DNA of 16,000 nucleotides from Paraburkholderia caribensis (GCF_002902945.1 NZ_CP026103.1:1044259-1060258), one strand, 5' to 3'. Shown: positions 1 through 7,362, counted from the stretch's first letter. The notes: generated from the sequence alone by a model not told the origin. A program made the numbers and translations.

Positions 1-2
1 TC

Positions 3-371
3 GACAAGAACCTGGCTCAATTCCAGGAGCAGATGAAGACGATGCAGGCGCAGATGAACCAGATCCGACAGACGCAGGATCCGAAGGAACGCCAGAAGCT
101 TCTGCAGCAACACTGGGCGACGATGCAAGGTGCGATGACCACGATGCACGGGATGTGGGGCCCCGGCATGATGGGGCACGGAATGATGGGGCAGGGGATG
201 ATGGGCGGCGGCTGGGGCCACATGGGAGGGTACTACTCCAGACTCAGTCCCGAGCAACTGCGGCAGCGTCAGTATATGACCGACCAATACCTGCAGATGC
301 AACAGGAAATGATGAACAACATGATGTGGCAACAGCAATATTTAACGCAGCCTCCCGCCTCGCCGCAGTGA
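3..371 (+). CDS. Met/Gly/His-rich protein, 5'-truncated by window edge (possible periplasmic metal-binding protein)
   Basis: The frame is open from nt 3 (DKNLAQFQEQMKTMQ...) to TGA at 369-371, so the ATG at 33 is probably internal. The sequence has Q/M-rich helical-looking segments flanking GMWGPGMMGHGMMGQGMMGGGWGHMGG. No family was recognised with certainty. Confidence 0.6.
   Translation, partial: DKNLAQFQEQMKTMQAQMNQIRQTQDPKERQKLLQQHWATMQGAMTTMHGMWGPGMMGHGMMGQGMMGGGWGHMGGYYSRLSPEQLRQRQYMTDQYLQMQQEMMNNMMWQQQYLTQPPASPQ
168..212 (+). repeat. 15-bp tandem repeat x3 inside the CDS, encoding MMGHG/MMGQG/MMGGG
   Basis: The three units are atgatggggcacgga, atgatggggcagggg and atgatgggcggcggc, read directly from the sequence. 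Confidence 0.9.
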
Positions 372-474
372 AGTGCACGACGGGCGGTGATCGGATTATC
401 TGCAGGACTGGCAACTACCGCCGGTTAGCGCGGTTGTTCCCGGACTCCGCAGATCAAAAGGTTTGATTCGATCT

Positions 475-840
475 TCATGTCCATCCTCCCGACCAAAGCC
501 GCTTGAGCGCAGAATCGATCGCCTGGCTGCCGGACACCAATGTGGCGGTGGCGAGGGTTGAAGTCGGCTACGGCTTTCCGTCAATTGCGGACAGGTATGG
601 CGCAATCTTCTCGATCTTGTCGGAAGGAAATGGTGCAGCATAGACCATCAGCATCTTGTTCCCCTCGGTCTGCCACTCTTCGAACGACAAGGGCGGTTGT
701 CGCAACACCACTCCAAGAGAGTGACAGATGATGAAGTGGGCATTGCCTGCAAGCGCGATGATGCTCCTGTTCCATACTCGAATGGGTATTCCTGCCTCCT
801 TCGCTTCGATGCGTCCACGTTCGATGGGCCGACAGGTCAA
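475..840 (-). pseudogene. Possible interrupted ORF of unknown family
   Basis: The minus-strand ORF 568..840 ends at an in-frame TAG (568-570). The same frame then stays open for 31 more codons to TGA at 475-477 (...SAIDGKP*PTSTLATATLVSGSQAIDSALKRLWSGGWT*). The region has lower GC than the flanking genes, and I recognised no motif. Confidence 0.2.
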
Positions 841-936
841 GCCTATGCGGTGCGGGGACGTCTGTTTCGATACACATCAACGCAGGGCGCTGCGCGTTGC
901 GTTGTTGGAAAGGCGACCCGGAACGGGGACTTCCTC

Positions 937-961
937 AATAAAAACCGTTGGCCCGTGGGCC
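937..961 (-). terminator. Weak candidate intrinsic terminator downstream of tauE
   Basis: On the minus strand, GGCCCACGGGCC (5-bp GC stem, rc of 950-961) is followed by aacGGTTTTTATT. It lies 93 nt after the tauE stop. The stem is short. Confidence 0.3.
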
Positions 962-1053
962 GTGCGAATTGAGGTGCCTCAGCCAACGTGTGGCCGATTC
1001 GAGTGATGCCGCCAAGGGGAGTCCGGGAGTCCGTGAGCTTATGATCGGGAAAC

Positions 1054-1872
1054 TCAAACGGACATGGCGACCTTGGCGACCATGCCGACGGCAATGAGTC
1101 CAGCGACGAGCGCGAAGCCCTGTTGCAGCCTGTTAGCGCTCATCCGGCTGGCGACGAGCCGCCCGGCCAGCATGCCGCCTAATGCGCCCGCAGCGAACGG
1201 CGCGCCCACTGGCCAGTTCATGTGACCTGAAATCGCCGTCGAGATGACGCCAGACGCGGACACAAGCGTGATGACCGCGAGCGATGTCGCCATGATTGTC
1301 GGCACCGGCGCATTGGTCGCTTTCCTCAGCGCAGGGACAACGACGAAACCTCCGCCCACGCCGAGCAGGCCGGACAGGAAACCCGCGCCGATACCCGCGA
1401 AGGCGAGTGCGCGCGTGCAGGCCGACGTCCATACGAAGCGGCCTGTGCCGCTATTGAGCTGGCATGGTTGTAAAGCCGCACCGCTGCGAACTTCGTGAGG
1501 CGTGCCGGTGGTAGCCTGTCGGAACATCCGGAGCGCGACGTACGCCAGCACGCCGGCAAAGACGAGTGTGAGCGGTCCGTTCGGCAGCCGATGGGCAAGC
1601 CACAGGCCGACGGGCGAAAACGCCGTACCGGTTACGGCCATCAGCGCCGCGGCGCGGTACCGGACGATGCGGGCCTGCAGCCCCATCAATGCGCCGAGCG
1701 CGGCGGAGACGCCTACAGCCAACAGCGCGATGGGCGCGGCCTCGGCAATGTTCAGATGCAGCACAAACAGCAGCAAGGGCACTGCGAGGATGGCTCCGCC
1801 TGCACCCGTGAGCGCGAGGATGAGGCCGACGACAAGACCGAGTGCGGCGCTGCTGGCAATCACGTGTTCCAT
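1054..1872 (-). CDS. TauE/SafE (TSUP) family anion/sulfite exporter-like membrane protein
   Basis: The 272-aa protein is very hydrophobic and Gly/Ala/Leu-rich, with a duplicated architecture (LTGAGGAILAVPLL... and LLGVGGGFVVVPAL...) typical of TauE/SafE. An AAGG Shine-Dalgarno sequence lies 7 nt upstream of the ATG. It is the last gene of the minus-strand bigR operon. Confidence 0.85.
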   Translation of the reverse strand: MEHVIASSAALGLVVGLILALTGAGGAILAVPLLLFVLHLNIAEAAPIALLAVGVSAALGALMGLQARIVRYRAAALMAVTGTAFSPVGLWLAHRLPNGPLTLVFAGVLAYVALRMFRQATTGTPHEVRSGAALQPCQLNSGTGRFVWTSACTRALAFAGIGAGFLSGLLGVGGGFVVVPALRKATNAPVPTIMATSLAVITLVSASGVISTAISGHMNWPVGAPFAAGALGGMLAGRLVASRMSANRLQQGFALVAGLIAVGMVAKVAMSV

Positions 1873-1928
1873 CGAACAACCTTTCTCTGTTCAACTGCGA
1901 GTCTTTCGCGGATAGTGCAGATTGCCGC

Positions 1929-2384
1929 TCACGCGTGCTGCGTTGCGGCTTTCGCCCGCTCGATCAGTTCGAAAACGGCCATGCCGGCAACCATTGCCGC
2001 CACGAAACCGACAGCCTTGGGATAGCCCGCGCCCAGCGCGACAAGCGCGGGACCCGGGCAGAAACCGGCGAGACCCCAGCCGATACCGAAGGCGGCGCTA
2101 CCAAGTACCAGCCTCGGCGTGATGGCCGTGCTGACGGGAAGTTGCATCGGCAATCCAAGGAATGACCTGTCATGGCGTCTGGCTGCGAAAAATGCAAGCG
2201 AACCGACCGCGATGGCGCCAGCCATTACAAAGGCGAGTGACGGGTCCCACCGGCCAGTCAGATCGAGGAAACTCAACACCTTCGCCGGGTTTGCCATGCC
2301 AGAGACCATCAGGCCAACCCCGAAAAGCAGGCCAGCGAGCAATGCTGTAACGGGTGCGATAAGCGTTGTTTTGACGTCCGCCAT
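1929..2384 (-). CDS. YeeE/YedE-family (sulfur transport, DUF395-type) half-size membrane protein, second of pair
   Basis: The product is a hydrophobic 4-TM-like protein. I prefer the start MADVK at 2384 because a GGAGG lies 7 nt upstream and there is only a 1-nt gap after the upstream stop (TGAtATG). The track ORF start at 2414 would overlap the upstream gene. Confidence 0.8.
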   Translation of the reverse strand: MADVKTTLIAPVTALLAGLLFGVGLMVSGMANPAKVLSFLDLTGRWDPSLAFVMAGAIAVGSLAFFAARRHDRSFLGLPMQLPVSTAITPRLVLGSAAFGIGWGLAGFCPGPALVALGAGYPKAVGFVAAMVAGMAVFELIERAKAATQHA

Positions 2385-2385
2385 A

Positions 2386-2820
2386 TCAGCCTCCGAGCAG
2401 GTGACGTTGTACAAAGACAGTCAGAAACCCGGTAGCCATGAAGGTTGCGGTAGCGACGAGCGAGCGCACAGATCCCCGGGAGAGACCACAAACGCCGTGG
2501 CCGCTAGTGCAGCCGCTGGCATAGCGGGTGCCGATACCGACCAGAAACCCGGCTGCAAGGATCGCGCCCCAGCTCGCCTCGATTTCCGCCTGCGCAGACT
2601 TGCCCAACAGTCCCGCGATGACGGGCGCGCCTACGAGCCCCACCAGAAACGCGAGACGCCAGTCGACGTCATCGCGCGGCCAGTTCAGCAGGCCGCCGAA
2701 TATGCCGCTGATTCCTGCGATGCGTCCGTTGAACAGTATCAGCACGGCAGCCGCGGCTCCGATCACAAGCCCGCCTGTTAGCGAGAAGCCCGGTGTGAAA
2801 TTTCCTGGGTCAATCAGCAT
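2386..2820 (-). CDS. YeeE/YedE-family (sulfur transport) half-size membrane protein, first of pair
   Basis: The 144-aa protein contains the conserved [10 protein letters not shown] motif typical of YeeE/YedE sulfur-transport domains. A GGAGG lies immediately after the bigR stop and 6 nt before the ATG. Confidence 0.85.
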   Translation of the reverse strand: MLIDPGNFTPGFSLTGGLVIGAAAAVLILFNGRIAGISGIFGGLLNWPRDDVDWRLAFLVGLVGAPVIAGLLGKSAQAEIEASWGAILAAGFLVGIGTRYASGCTSGHGVCGLSRGSVRSLVATATFMATGFLTVFVQRHLLGG

Positions 2821-2831
2821 GATGCGCCTCC

Positions 2832-3152
2832 TTACTGCTTCGGGCAGAACTGTTCATAAAGTACGGCCATCACGGCGAGCGCCTGCGGACTCGCCACCGA
2901 ATAGAAGATGTTCTTGCCTTCCCTGCGAGTAGCGACCAGGTCGTTTTCCCGCAATACGCCCAGTTGCTGCGACAGCGTGGGCTGACGGATACCGAGTTGC
3001 TCCTCGAGTTCGCCGACGGACAACTCGCCTTGCGAAAGCTGGCACATCAGCAGAAGGCGATCGGGATTGGCGAGCACCTTGAGCAGGACGCATGCATCTG
3101 CTGCGCCGGCCTGCATGGTGGCGAGATCGATGGTGAGACGAGGTTTTTTCAT
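2832..3152 (-). CDS. bigR: ArsR/SmtB-family winged-helix repressor of the BigR/SqrR (persulfide-sensing) type
   Basis: The 106-aa protein has a wHTH core (LKVLANPDRLLLMCQL...VGELEEQLGIRQPTLSQQLGVLRENDLV). One Cys precedes the LKxL helix (DACVLLK, Cys21) and one lies near the C-terminus (QFCPKQ, Cys103), matching the two-Cys redox switch layout of BigR/SqrR. The gene context (YeeE, TauE, MBL hydrolase) matches the described bigR operon. Confidence 0.8.
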   Translation of the reverse strand: MKKPRLTIDLATMQAGAADACVLLKVLANPDRLLLMCQLSQGELSVGELEEQLGIRQPTLSQQLGVLRENDLVATRREGKNIFYSVASPQALAVMAVLYEQFCPKQ

Positions 3153-3178
3153 AAGTGATGTTCAATCTATATCAACAC

Positions 3179-3207
3179 AGTATATTGAAAAATAGATTGT
3201 ATGTGAA
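3179..3207 (-). promoter_or_regulatory. Sigma70-like promoter for the bigR-yeeE-yedE-tauE operon
   Basis: On the minus strand: TTCACA (rc of 3202-3207), 17-bp spacer, TATACT (rc of 3179-3184). The spacer shares the same core DNA as the plus-strand promoter. The implied bigR leader is only about 20 nt and has no obvious Shine-Dalgarno sequence. Confidence 0.5.
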
Positions 3208-3213
3208 TAGAAT
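3185..3213 (+). promoter_or_regulatory. Sigma70-like promoter for the PDO-SQR operon
   Basis: TTGAAA (3185-3190), 17-bp spacer, TAGAAT (3208-3213). GGAGA at 3226-3230 and the ATG at 3237 follow. Confidence 0.6.
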
Positions 3214-3236
3214 GTTTTCATTCTTGGAGATTAGAC

Positions 3237-4097
3237 ATGCACCCGACCATTCATCCTTTCTTTGACCGCGCCACCTGGACTGTGACCTACGTGGTGTTTG
3301 CGGGGGACCATGCCGGGTGCGCCATCATCGACCCGGTGCTGGACTACGATCCCAAGGCTGGGCGGACGTCGACAGACAGTGCCGACAAGGTGATCGCTTT
3401 CGTGCGTGAGCATGCGCTGCACGTCGAATGGATCCTGGAAACGCACGCCCACGCCGACCATCTTTCCGCTGCCGCATATCTCAAGCGGGAACTGGGTGGT
3501 CGCATCGCGATTGGCCAGCACATCCGGCGCGTGCAGGGGGTATTCAAGTCGCTATTTAACCTCGAGCCGGCTTTCCGTCTGGACGGCTCGCAATTCGACC
3601 ACCTTTTCGAGGACGGCGAGACGTTTGCCATTGGAGAGTTGACGGGCAGGGCGATGCATGTGCCAGGGCACACGCCGGCCGACATGGCGTACCAGATCGG
3701 GGACGCCGTGTTTGTCGGGGACACGCTTTTCATGCCCGACGTCGGCACCGCGCGGTGCGACTTTCCAGGCGGTGATGCGCATGAACTGTATCGCTCGATC
3801 CGCAAGCTGCTGGCCCTGCCGGCCGACATGCGGCTATTCATGTGCCATGACTACCCGCCCGAGGGACGCGGGCCTGCATGGGAAACGACGGTCCGCGCAC
3901 AGCGGGAACGCAACATCCACGTGCACGACGGTGTAAGCGAAGAGCAGTTCGTCGCCATGCGCCAGGCACGCGATGCGACCCTCGCGATGCCGACGCTGAT
4001 CCTGCCCGCGGTGCAAGTCAATGTTCGCGCGGGTGAGTTTCCGCCACCAGAGGCGAACGGAGTGCGGTACCTCAAGATCCCTCTGAATGCTGTCTGA
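3237..4097 (+). CDS. MBL-fold metallo-hydrolase, persulfide dioxygenase (Blh/ETHE1-like) candidate
   Basis: The 286-aa protein has the HAHADH metal-binding motif (ETHAHADHLSAA) and later HVPGHTP and CHDY segments typical of glyoxalase II/ETHE1-like folds. It lies divergent from bigR and upstream of the SQR. Confidence 0.8.
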   Translation: MHPTIHPFFDRATWTVTYVVFAGDHAGCAIIDPVLDYDPKAGRTSTDSADKVIAFVREHALHVEWILETHAHADHLSAAAYLKRELGGRIAIGQHIRRVQGVFKSLFNLEPAFRLDGSQFDHLFEDGETFAIGELTGRAMHVPGHTPADMAYQIGDAVFVGDTLFMPDVGTARCDFPGGDAHELYRSIRKLLALPADMRLFMCHDYPPEGRGPAWETTVRAQRERNIHVHDGVSEEQFVAMRQARDATLAMPTLILPAVQVNVRAGEFPPPEANGVRYLKIPLNAV

Positions 4098-4180
4098 CGC
4101 ACCACAGATCGTGCGCGTCCGTCAGGTGAGGGCGCGTCCCGGTCCGATGTCCACAAATTAACTGTTTCAGGAAGCAGACC

Positions 4181-5851
4181 ATGGATGTACATTCCCTCAC
4201 TCCAGATGTTTCGGTCTCGCCGCAGATTTCCGTCGCTGACGTCTCGACGCTACAGACGCTAGGATTCAGATCAATCGTTTCTCATCGGCCGGATGCGGAA
4301 GCGCCGGACCAGCCTAACTTCGAGGAAATCGCGCAGGCGGCAAAGGCCGTCGGTCTGAAGGCAGTTCATCAGCCGGTGCCCGCAGGCCAAGCCTCAGATA
4401 GGCAGGCGGCCGACTTTGCAGCGCTTCTCGCGGAACTACCCAAGCCGGTGCTGGCGTATTGCCGCACGGGTACGCGGTCCGCGACGTTGTGGGCGCTGTC
4501 ACAAGCTAACACGCTGAGCGTGGCGGAAATTGAGCGAACGACGGCGAAGGCGGGCTACGAACTCAAGGCAGTGATGCGGCGTATTGCCAATGCTGGAAAA
4601 GTAGCGCCCGGCGTTGTCGAAGCAGAACATACTGTGGTGATTGTCGGTGGCGGTGCAGCCGGTATTGCCGTGGCCTCGAGCCTGCGCGCCCGCGATCCTT
4701 CACTGGATATCGCGATTATCGATCCCGCCGACGTGCACTATTATCAGCCCGGCTGGACGCTCGTGGGAGCGGGAGTATTCGACTCGGGGGACACCGCGCG
4801 CACGATGGCGTCGCGTGTGCCGCGCGGCGTGCGTTGGCTCAAAGCCGCGGTGGTGGCATTCGAACCGGACAGTCACGCGGTGGTGCTTGAGGGGTGCCGG
4901 AGAGTGCGTTATCAGCGGCTCGTCGTTTGCCCGGGCATCAAGGTTGACTGGCACGGTGTCGAGGGCCTCGTCGAGACAATGGGGCAAAACGGCGTGACGT
5001 CGAACTACCATTTCGACCTCGCGCCGTATACTGCGGAACTTGTCAAGACGCTCCGCGGTGGCAAAGCATTGTTTACGCAGCCGCCGATGCCAATCAAATG
5101 TGCCGGCGCCCCGCAGAAAGCCATGTATCTCTCGTGCGATACGTGGCGCAGGAACGGTACCTTGCACAACACGCAGGTGCAGTTCTTCAGCGCGGGCACG
5201 GCGCTGTTCGGCGTGCCTGACTACGTACCGGCATTGATGAAGTATGTGGAAGCGTACGGCGTTGACCTGCGTTTTGGCCATACATTGAGGAGTGTCGATG
5301 GTCCTCGGCGGCGCGCCGTATTCGAACGCGTGTTGCCTGACGGCAGCAGGGAAACAGTCGAAACCGACTTTGACATGATTCATGTGGTGCCGCCGCAGAC
5401 TGCCCCGGATTTTGTCCGCGCAAGTCCGCTTGCCGACGTTGCTGGCTGGATAGATATTGACGCCAGCACGTTGCGCCACAAGCGGTATGAGCACATCTAT
5501 GCGCTGGGCGATGCCACCAGCACAACGAATGCCAAGACGGCGGCAGCTGCGCGCAAACAGGCACCCGTCGTTGCCCATAACGTGCTGGCGAGTCTCGGTC
5601 GCGCCAGCGGATTGGCGACTTACGATGGCTACGGTTCGTGCCCGCTCACGGTCGAGCGGGGTAAGGTGGTACTGGCCGAGTTTCTTTATGGCGGCATGGT
5701 CGCGCCCAGTTTTCCCGCGTGGCTGCTCGACGGCACACGACCGTCGCGTCTTGCCTGGTTTCTCAAGGAGCGGATTCTGCCGCCGCTCTACTGGGACGGC
5801 ATGCTCAAGGGGCGCGAATGGCTGGCGCGACCCGTACTTGATGATAGATAA
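4181..5851 (+). CDS. sqr: Fusion protein: N-terminal DUF442 (Cys-X5-Arg phosphatase/sulfurtransferase-like) domain + type II sulfide:quinone oxidoreductase
   Basis: The N-terminal ~135 aa resembles DUF442 and carries the motif AYCRTGTRSATLWA. An FAD-binding segment VVIVGGGAAGIAVA follows. The type II SQR hallmark Cys motifs PIKCAGAPQKAMYL and YDGYGSCPL are present. An AGGAAG lies upstream of the ATG. Confidence 0.85.
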   Translation: MDVHSLTPDVSVSPQISVADVSTLQTLGFRSIVSHRPDAEAPDQPNFEEIAQAAKAVGLKAVHQPVPAGQASDRQAADFAALLAELPKPVLAYCRTGTRSATLWALSQANTLSVAEIERTTAKAGYELKAVMRRIANAGKVAPGVVEAEHTVVIVGGGAAGIAVASSLRARDPSLDIAIIDPADVHYYQPGWTLVGAGVFDSGDTARTMASRVPRGVRWLKAAVVAFEPDSHAVVLEGCRRVRYQRLVVCPGIKVDWHGVEGLVETMGQNGVTSNYHFDLAPYTAELVKTLRGGKALFTQPPMPIKCAGAPQKAMYLSCDTWRRNGTLHNTQVQFFSAGTALFGVPDYVPALMKYVEAYGVDLRFGHTLRSVDGPRRRAVFERVLPDGSRETVETDFDMIHVVPPQTAPDFVRASPLADVAGWIDIDASTLRHKRYEHIYALGDATSTTNAKTAAAARKQAPVVAHNVLASLGRASGLATYDGYGSCPLTVERGKVVLAEFLYGGMVAPSFPAWLLDGTRPSRLAWFLKERILPPLYWDGMLKGREWLARPVLDDR

Positions 5852-6277
5852 CGCGATGGAAAGAAACTGTCCGATGCGAAGAATCGCGGCAGCATCGCGG
5901 TCAATGCCGAATCGGGCCTGGCCCACTGCCGCAAGTAACCGTGTGAACAATCAAGGAAGGTGCCGTGGTCAGCCTGAACGGAAAACAAGCTCCGCCGGGT
6001 CTCTAAGGAGCCGACGGTCGAAAGCTGCTTTCGCACTGTCGAAATCGTCATCAGCGTTGCCATTACTTCGGTTAACTGAATTTGCTATCCTCGGGCTTTG
6101 AATTATCAGAGGAGCTCGCCGAAGATCGCTGCGCGTGACCGCGGGTACTCTTGCCATGCCGAGAGCGAAAATGACGGTCACCTTGAAAAAGGCGGCAAGC
6201 AGCCATTGCGATTTTCTGAATGCAGCGCGTGCCAGCGGCTTGTCAGTCCGAATTGACTTGAGTACGGCGCGGACGAC

Positions 6278-6841
6278 TCAACCTCGATCACTTGTTGGCA
6301 TCTTCTGCTCGACACGCCTGGGCAAAGGCAGGATTCGGGGAAGAATGTTTTCCGACTTGAGTACCCGGTGCGCGACCACCCCCAACACGTGGAACCCGAC
6401 GAGTGCAGCCAGTCCGTAGGCCGTCAGCGCATGCAGCTCCCCCAACCAGTGCGACAGCTCGCGGCTTTTTGATACTAGCGTTGGCAGCGAGACGAGGCCG
6501 AAGCAACTTGCCACGTGTCCGGCCGCATTGGTCTTCAGCCAACCGAGCAGCGGAATGACGAGCATCAACACGTAGAGCAGGTGATGAACGGCCTTCTCGG
6601 CGAGGTAAGCCGGCGTGCCGGCCCGGTTGGTCGACGGCGGCAGCCGACGCCGCATCCGAAACCGGTTCGCGACGCGGACCGAGACCAGAAAGAGGATGAC
6701 GATGCCGATCGACTTGTGGAGTGTGAGCAGATCCTCGTTATCGTCGAGCATCAAGCCGATGATCAGATTGCCAATCAGCGCGAAGGCCAGCAACCAGTGC
6801 AGCAAGCTGATCGAGAAGGGGTAGCGGGACGTGTGTTTCAT
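6278..6841 (-). CDS. Cytochrome b561 family membrane protein (CybB-like)
   Basis: The 187-aa protein has 4 predicted TM helices. Conserved His residues are in typical positions (SLLHWLLA, LHKSIG, AVHHLLY, FHVLGVVAH). Confidence 0.85.
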   Translation of the reverse strand: MKHTSRYPFSISLLHWLLAFALIGNLIIGLMLDDNEDLLTLHKSIGIVILFLVSVRVANRFRMRRRLPPSTNRAGTPAYLAEKAVHHLLYVLMLVIPLLGWLKTNAAGHVASCFGLVSLPTLVSKSRELSHWLGELHALTAYGLAALVGFHVLGVVAHRVLKSENILPRILPLPRRVEQKMPTSDRG

Positions 6842-6876
6842 GTACGGGATTCCTGTGCAAACGCGTTTCAGGTTTG

Positions 6877-7257
6877 TCAGCCGAGCAGGTCGTGATAATG
6901 CTTCCTGGTACCGTTAATCCGGCGCAATGCGCGCTTGGCGGCGTCCATGTCGTCTGCCTCGATTGCACGGTCGACCTCGGCCAGTTCCTGCTGCAGCGCC
7001 TGCATGCCTTCATCGTAGGTGGATGGGTCGCTGCGATAAGGCTGACGGCTTGCCCGCTGCGCGTCGCTTTCGAGCCTGGTCACGTAGCCGCGCAGCTCGG
7101 GTATCGTGGTGCTGGACATCGCGCCCTGCATGGCCAATTTCATGTCCTTCATCAGTGTTTTGATCTCGCCTGCATGGGCCAGCGGCGCGGCCACAAGCAG
7201 CGAGACGCACAGCAACGTTCGGAAATGGGGGGGAAACGGCAGCGTAGCCATGGGCAT
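6877..7257 (-). CDS. cybC: Soluble periplasmic cytochrome b562 family protein
   Basis: A signal peptide is apparent (LLCVSLLVAAPLAHA|GE). The mature N-terminus has Met in LMKDMK, and the C-terminus RRINGTRKHYHDLLG parallels E. coli b562 LKTTRNAYHQKYR, matching its axial Met and His ligands. The start may be 7251 rather than 7257, which gives better Shine-Dalgarno spacing. Confidence 0.75.
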   Translation of the reverse strand: MPMATLPFPPHFRTLLCVSLLVAAPLAHAGEIKTLMKDMKLAMQGAMSSTTIPELRGYVTRLESDAQRASRQPYRSDPSTYDEGMQALQQELAEVDRAIEADDMDAAKRALRRINGTRKHYHDLLG

Positions 7258-7286
7258 TGATCCTGTAAGGACAGTGAATGCCCGGG

Positions 7287-7319
7287 AGAATAGGCAGGTC
7301 AGGTTAACGGATTCTTAAC
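7287..7319 (-). promoter_or_regulatory. OmpR/PhoB-type direct-repeat box plus -10 hexamer facing the b562-b561 operon
   Basis: The minus strand reads GTTAAG-aatcc-GTTAAC (7319-7303), then 10 nt, then TATTCT (7292-7287). The hexamer-N5-hexamer direct repeat has a TTAA core like PmrA/QseB-type boxes. The 10-bp distance to the -10 mirrors the pho-box arrangement. Confidence 0.45.
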
Positions 7320-7321
7320 GA

Positions 7322-7362
7322 GCCGCCATGGCGGCACATGGTCTTGATACACGTGCGTGTAT
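7322..7362. promoter_or_regulatory. Two perfect palindromes upstream of the response-regulator gene
   Basis: GCCGCCATGGCGGC (7322-7335) is a 14-bp palindrome. ATACACG-TG-CGTGTAT (7347-7362) has 7-bp arms and a 2-bp spacer. Both lie 40-85 nt upstream of the ATG at 7405. Confidence 0.35.

Larger units (their letters stand above)
3163..3224. promoter_or_regulatory. Candidate repressor operators (three inverted repeats) in the divergent control region
   Basis: First, CAATCTAT (3163-3170) and ATAGATTG (3192-3199) form perfect 8-bp inverted arms. Second, there is an imperfect repeat TCAATcTATAT...TATATTGA (3162-3188). Third, the palindrome AGAATGTTTTCATTCT (3209-3224) has 6-bp arms. All three overlap the predicted promoter elements and transcription start sites. 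Confidence 0.55.

Noticed and set aside
1451-2781. Several 100-220-aa ORFs (1451..1894 -, 1495..2025 +, 1502..1915 +, 2119..2781 +)
   Set aside because: All overlap the TauE and YeeE/YedE membrane-protein genes in other frames or on the other strand. They are Arg/Pro-rich and lack motifs.
4114-4141. Direct repeat GCGCGTCC x2 between the PDO and SQR genes
   Set aside because: It is a short GC-rich 8-mer in GC-rich DNA with no dyad symmetry or terminator features. The 83-nt gap is compatible with simple co-transcription.
4700-5950. 416-aa ORF on the minus strand
   Set aside because: It lies entirely antisense to the well-supported DUF442::SQR gene. Its Arg/Ala/His-rich, low-complexity composition is typical of shadow ORFs in high-GC DNA, and it has no recognisable motifs.
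6278-6280. TGA of the cytochrome b561 gene considered as a possible selenocysteine or readthrough codon, given the 103-codon open frame after it
   Set aside because: The b561 is already full length for its family. The only downstream structure is a weak 5-bp stem (GTCCG/CGGAC) with a 19-nt loop and is not SECIS-like. Long open frames are common in GC-rich DNA.
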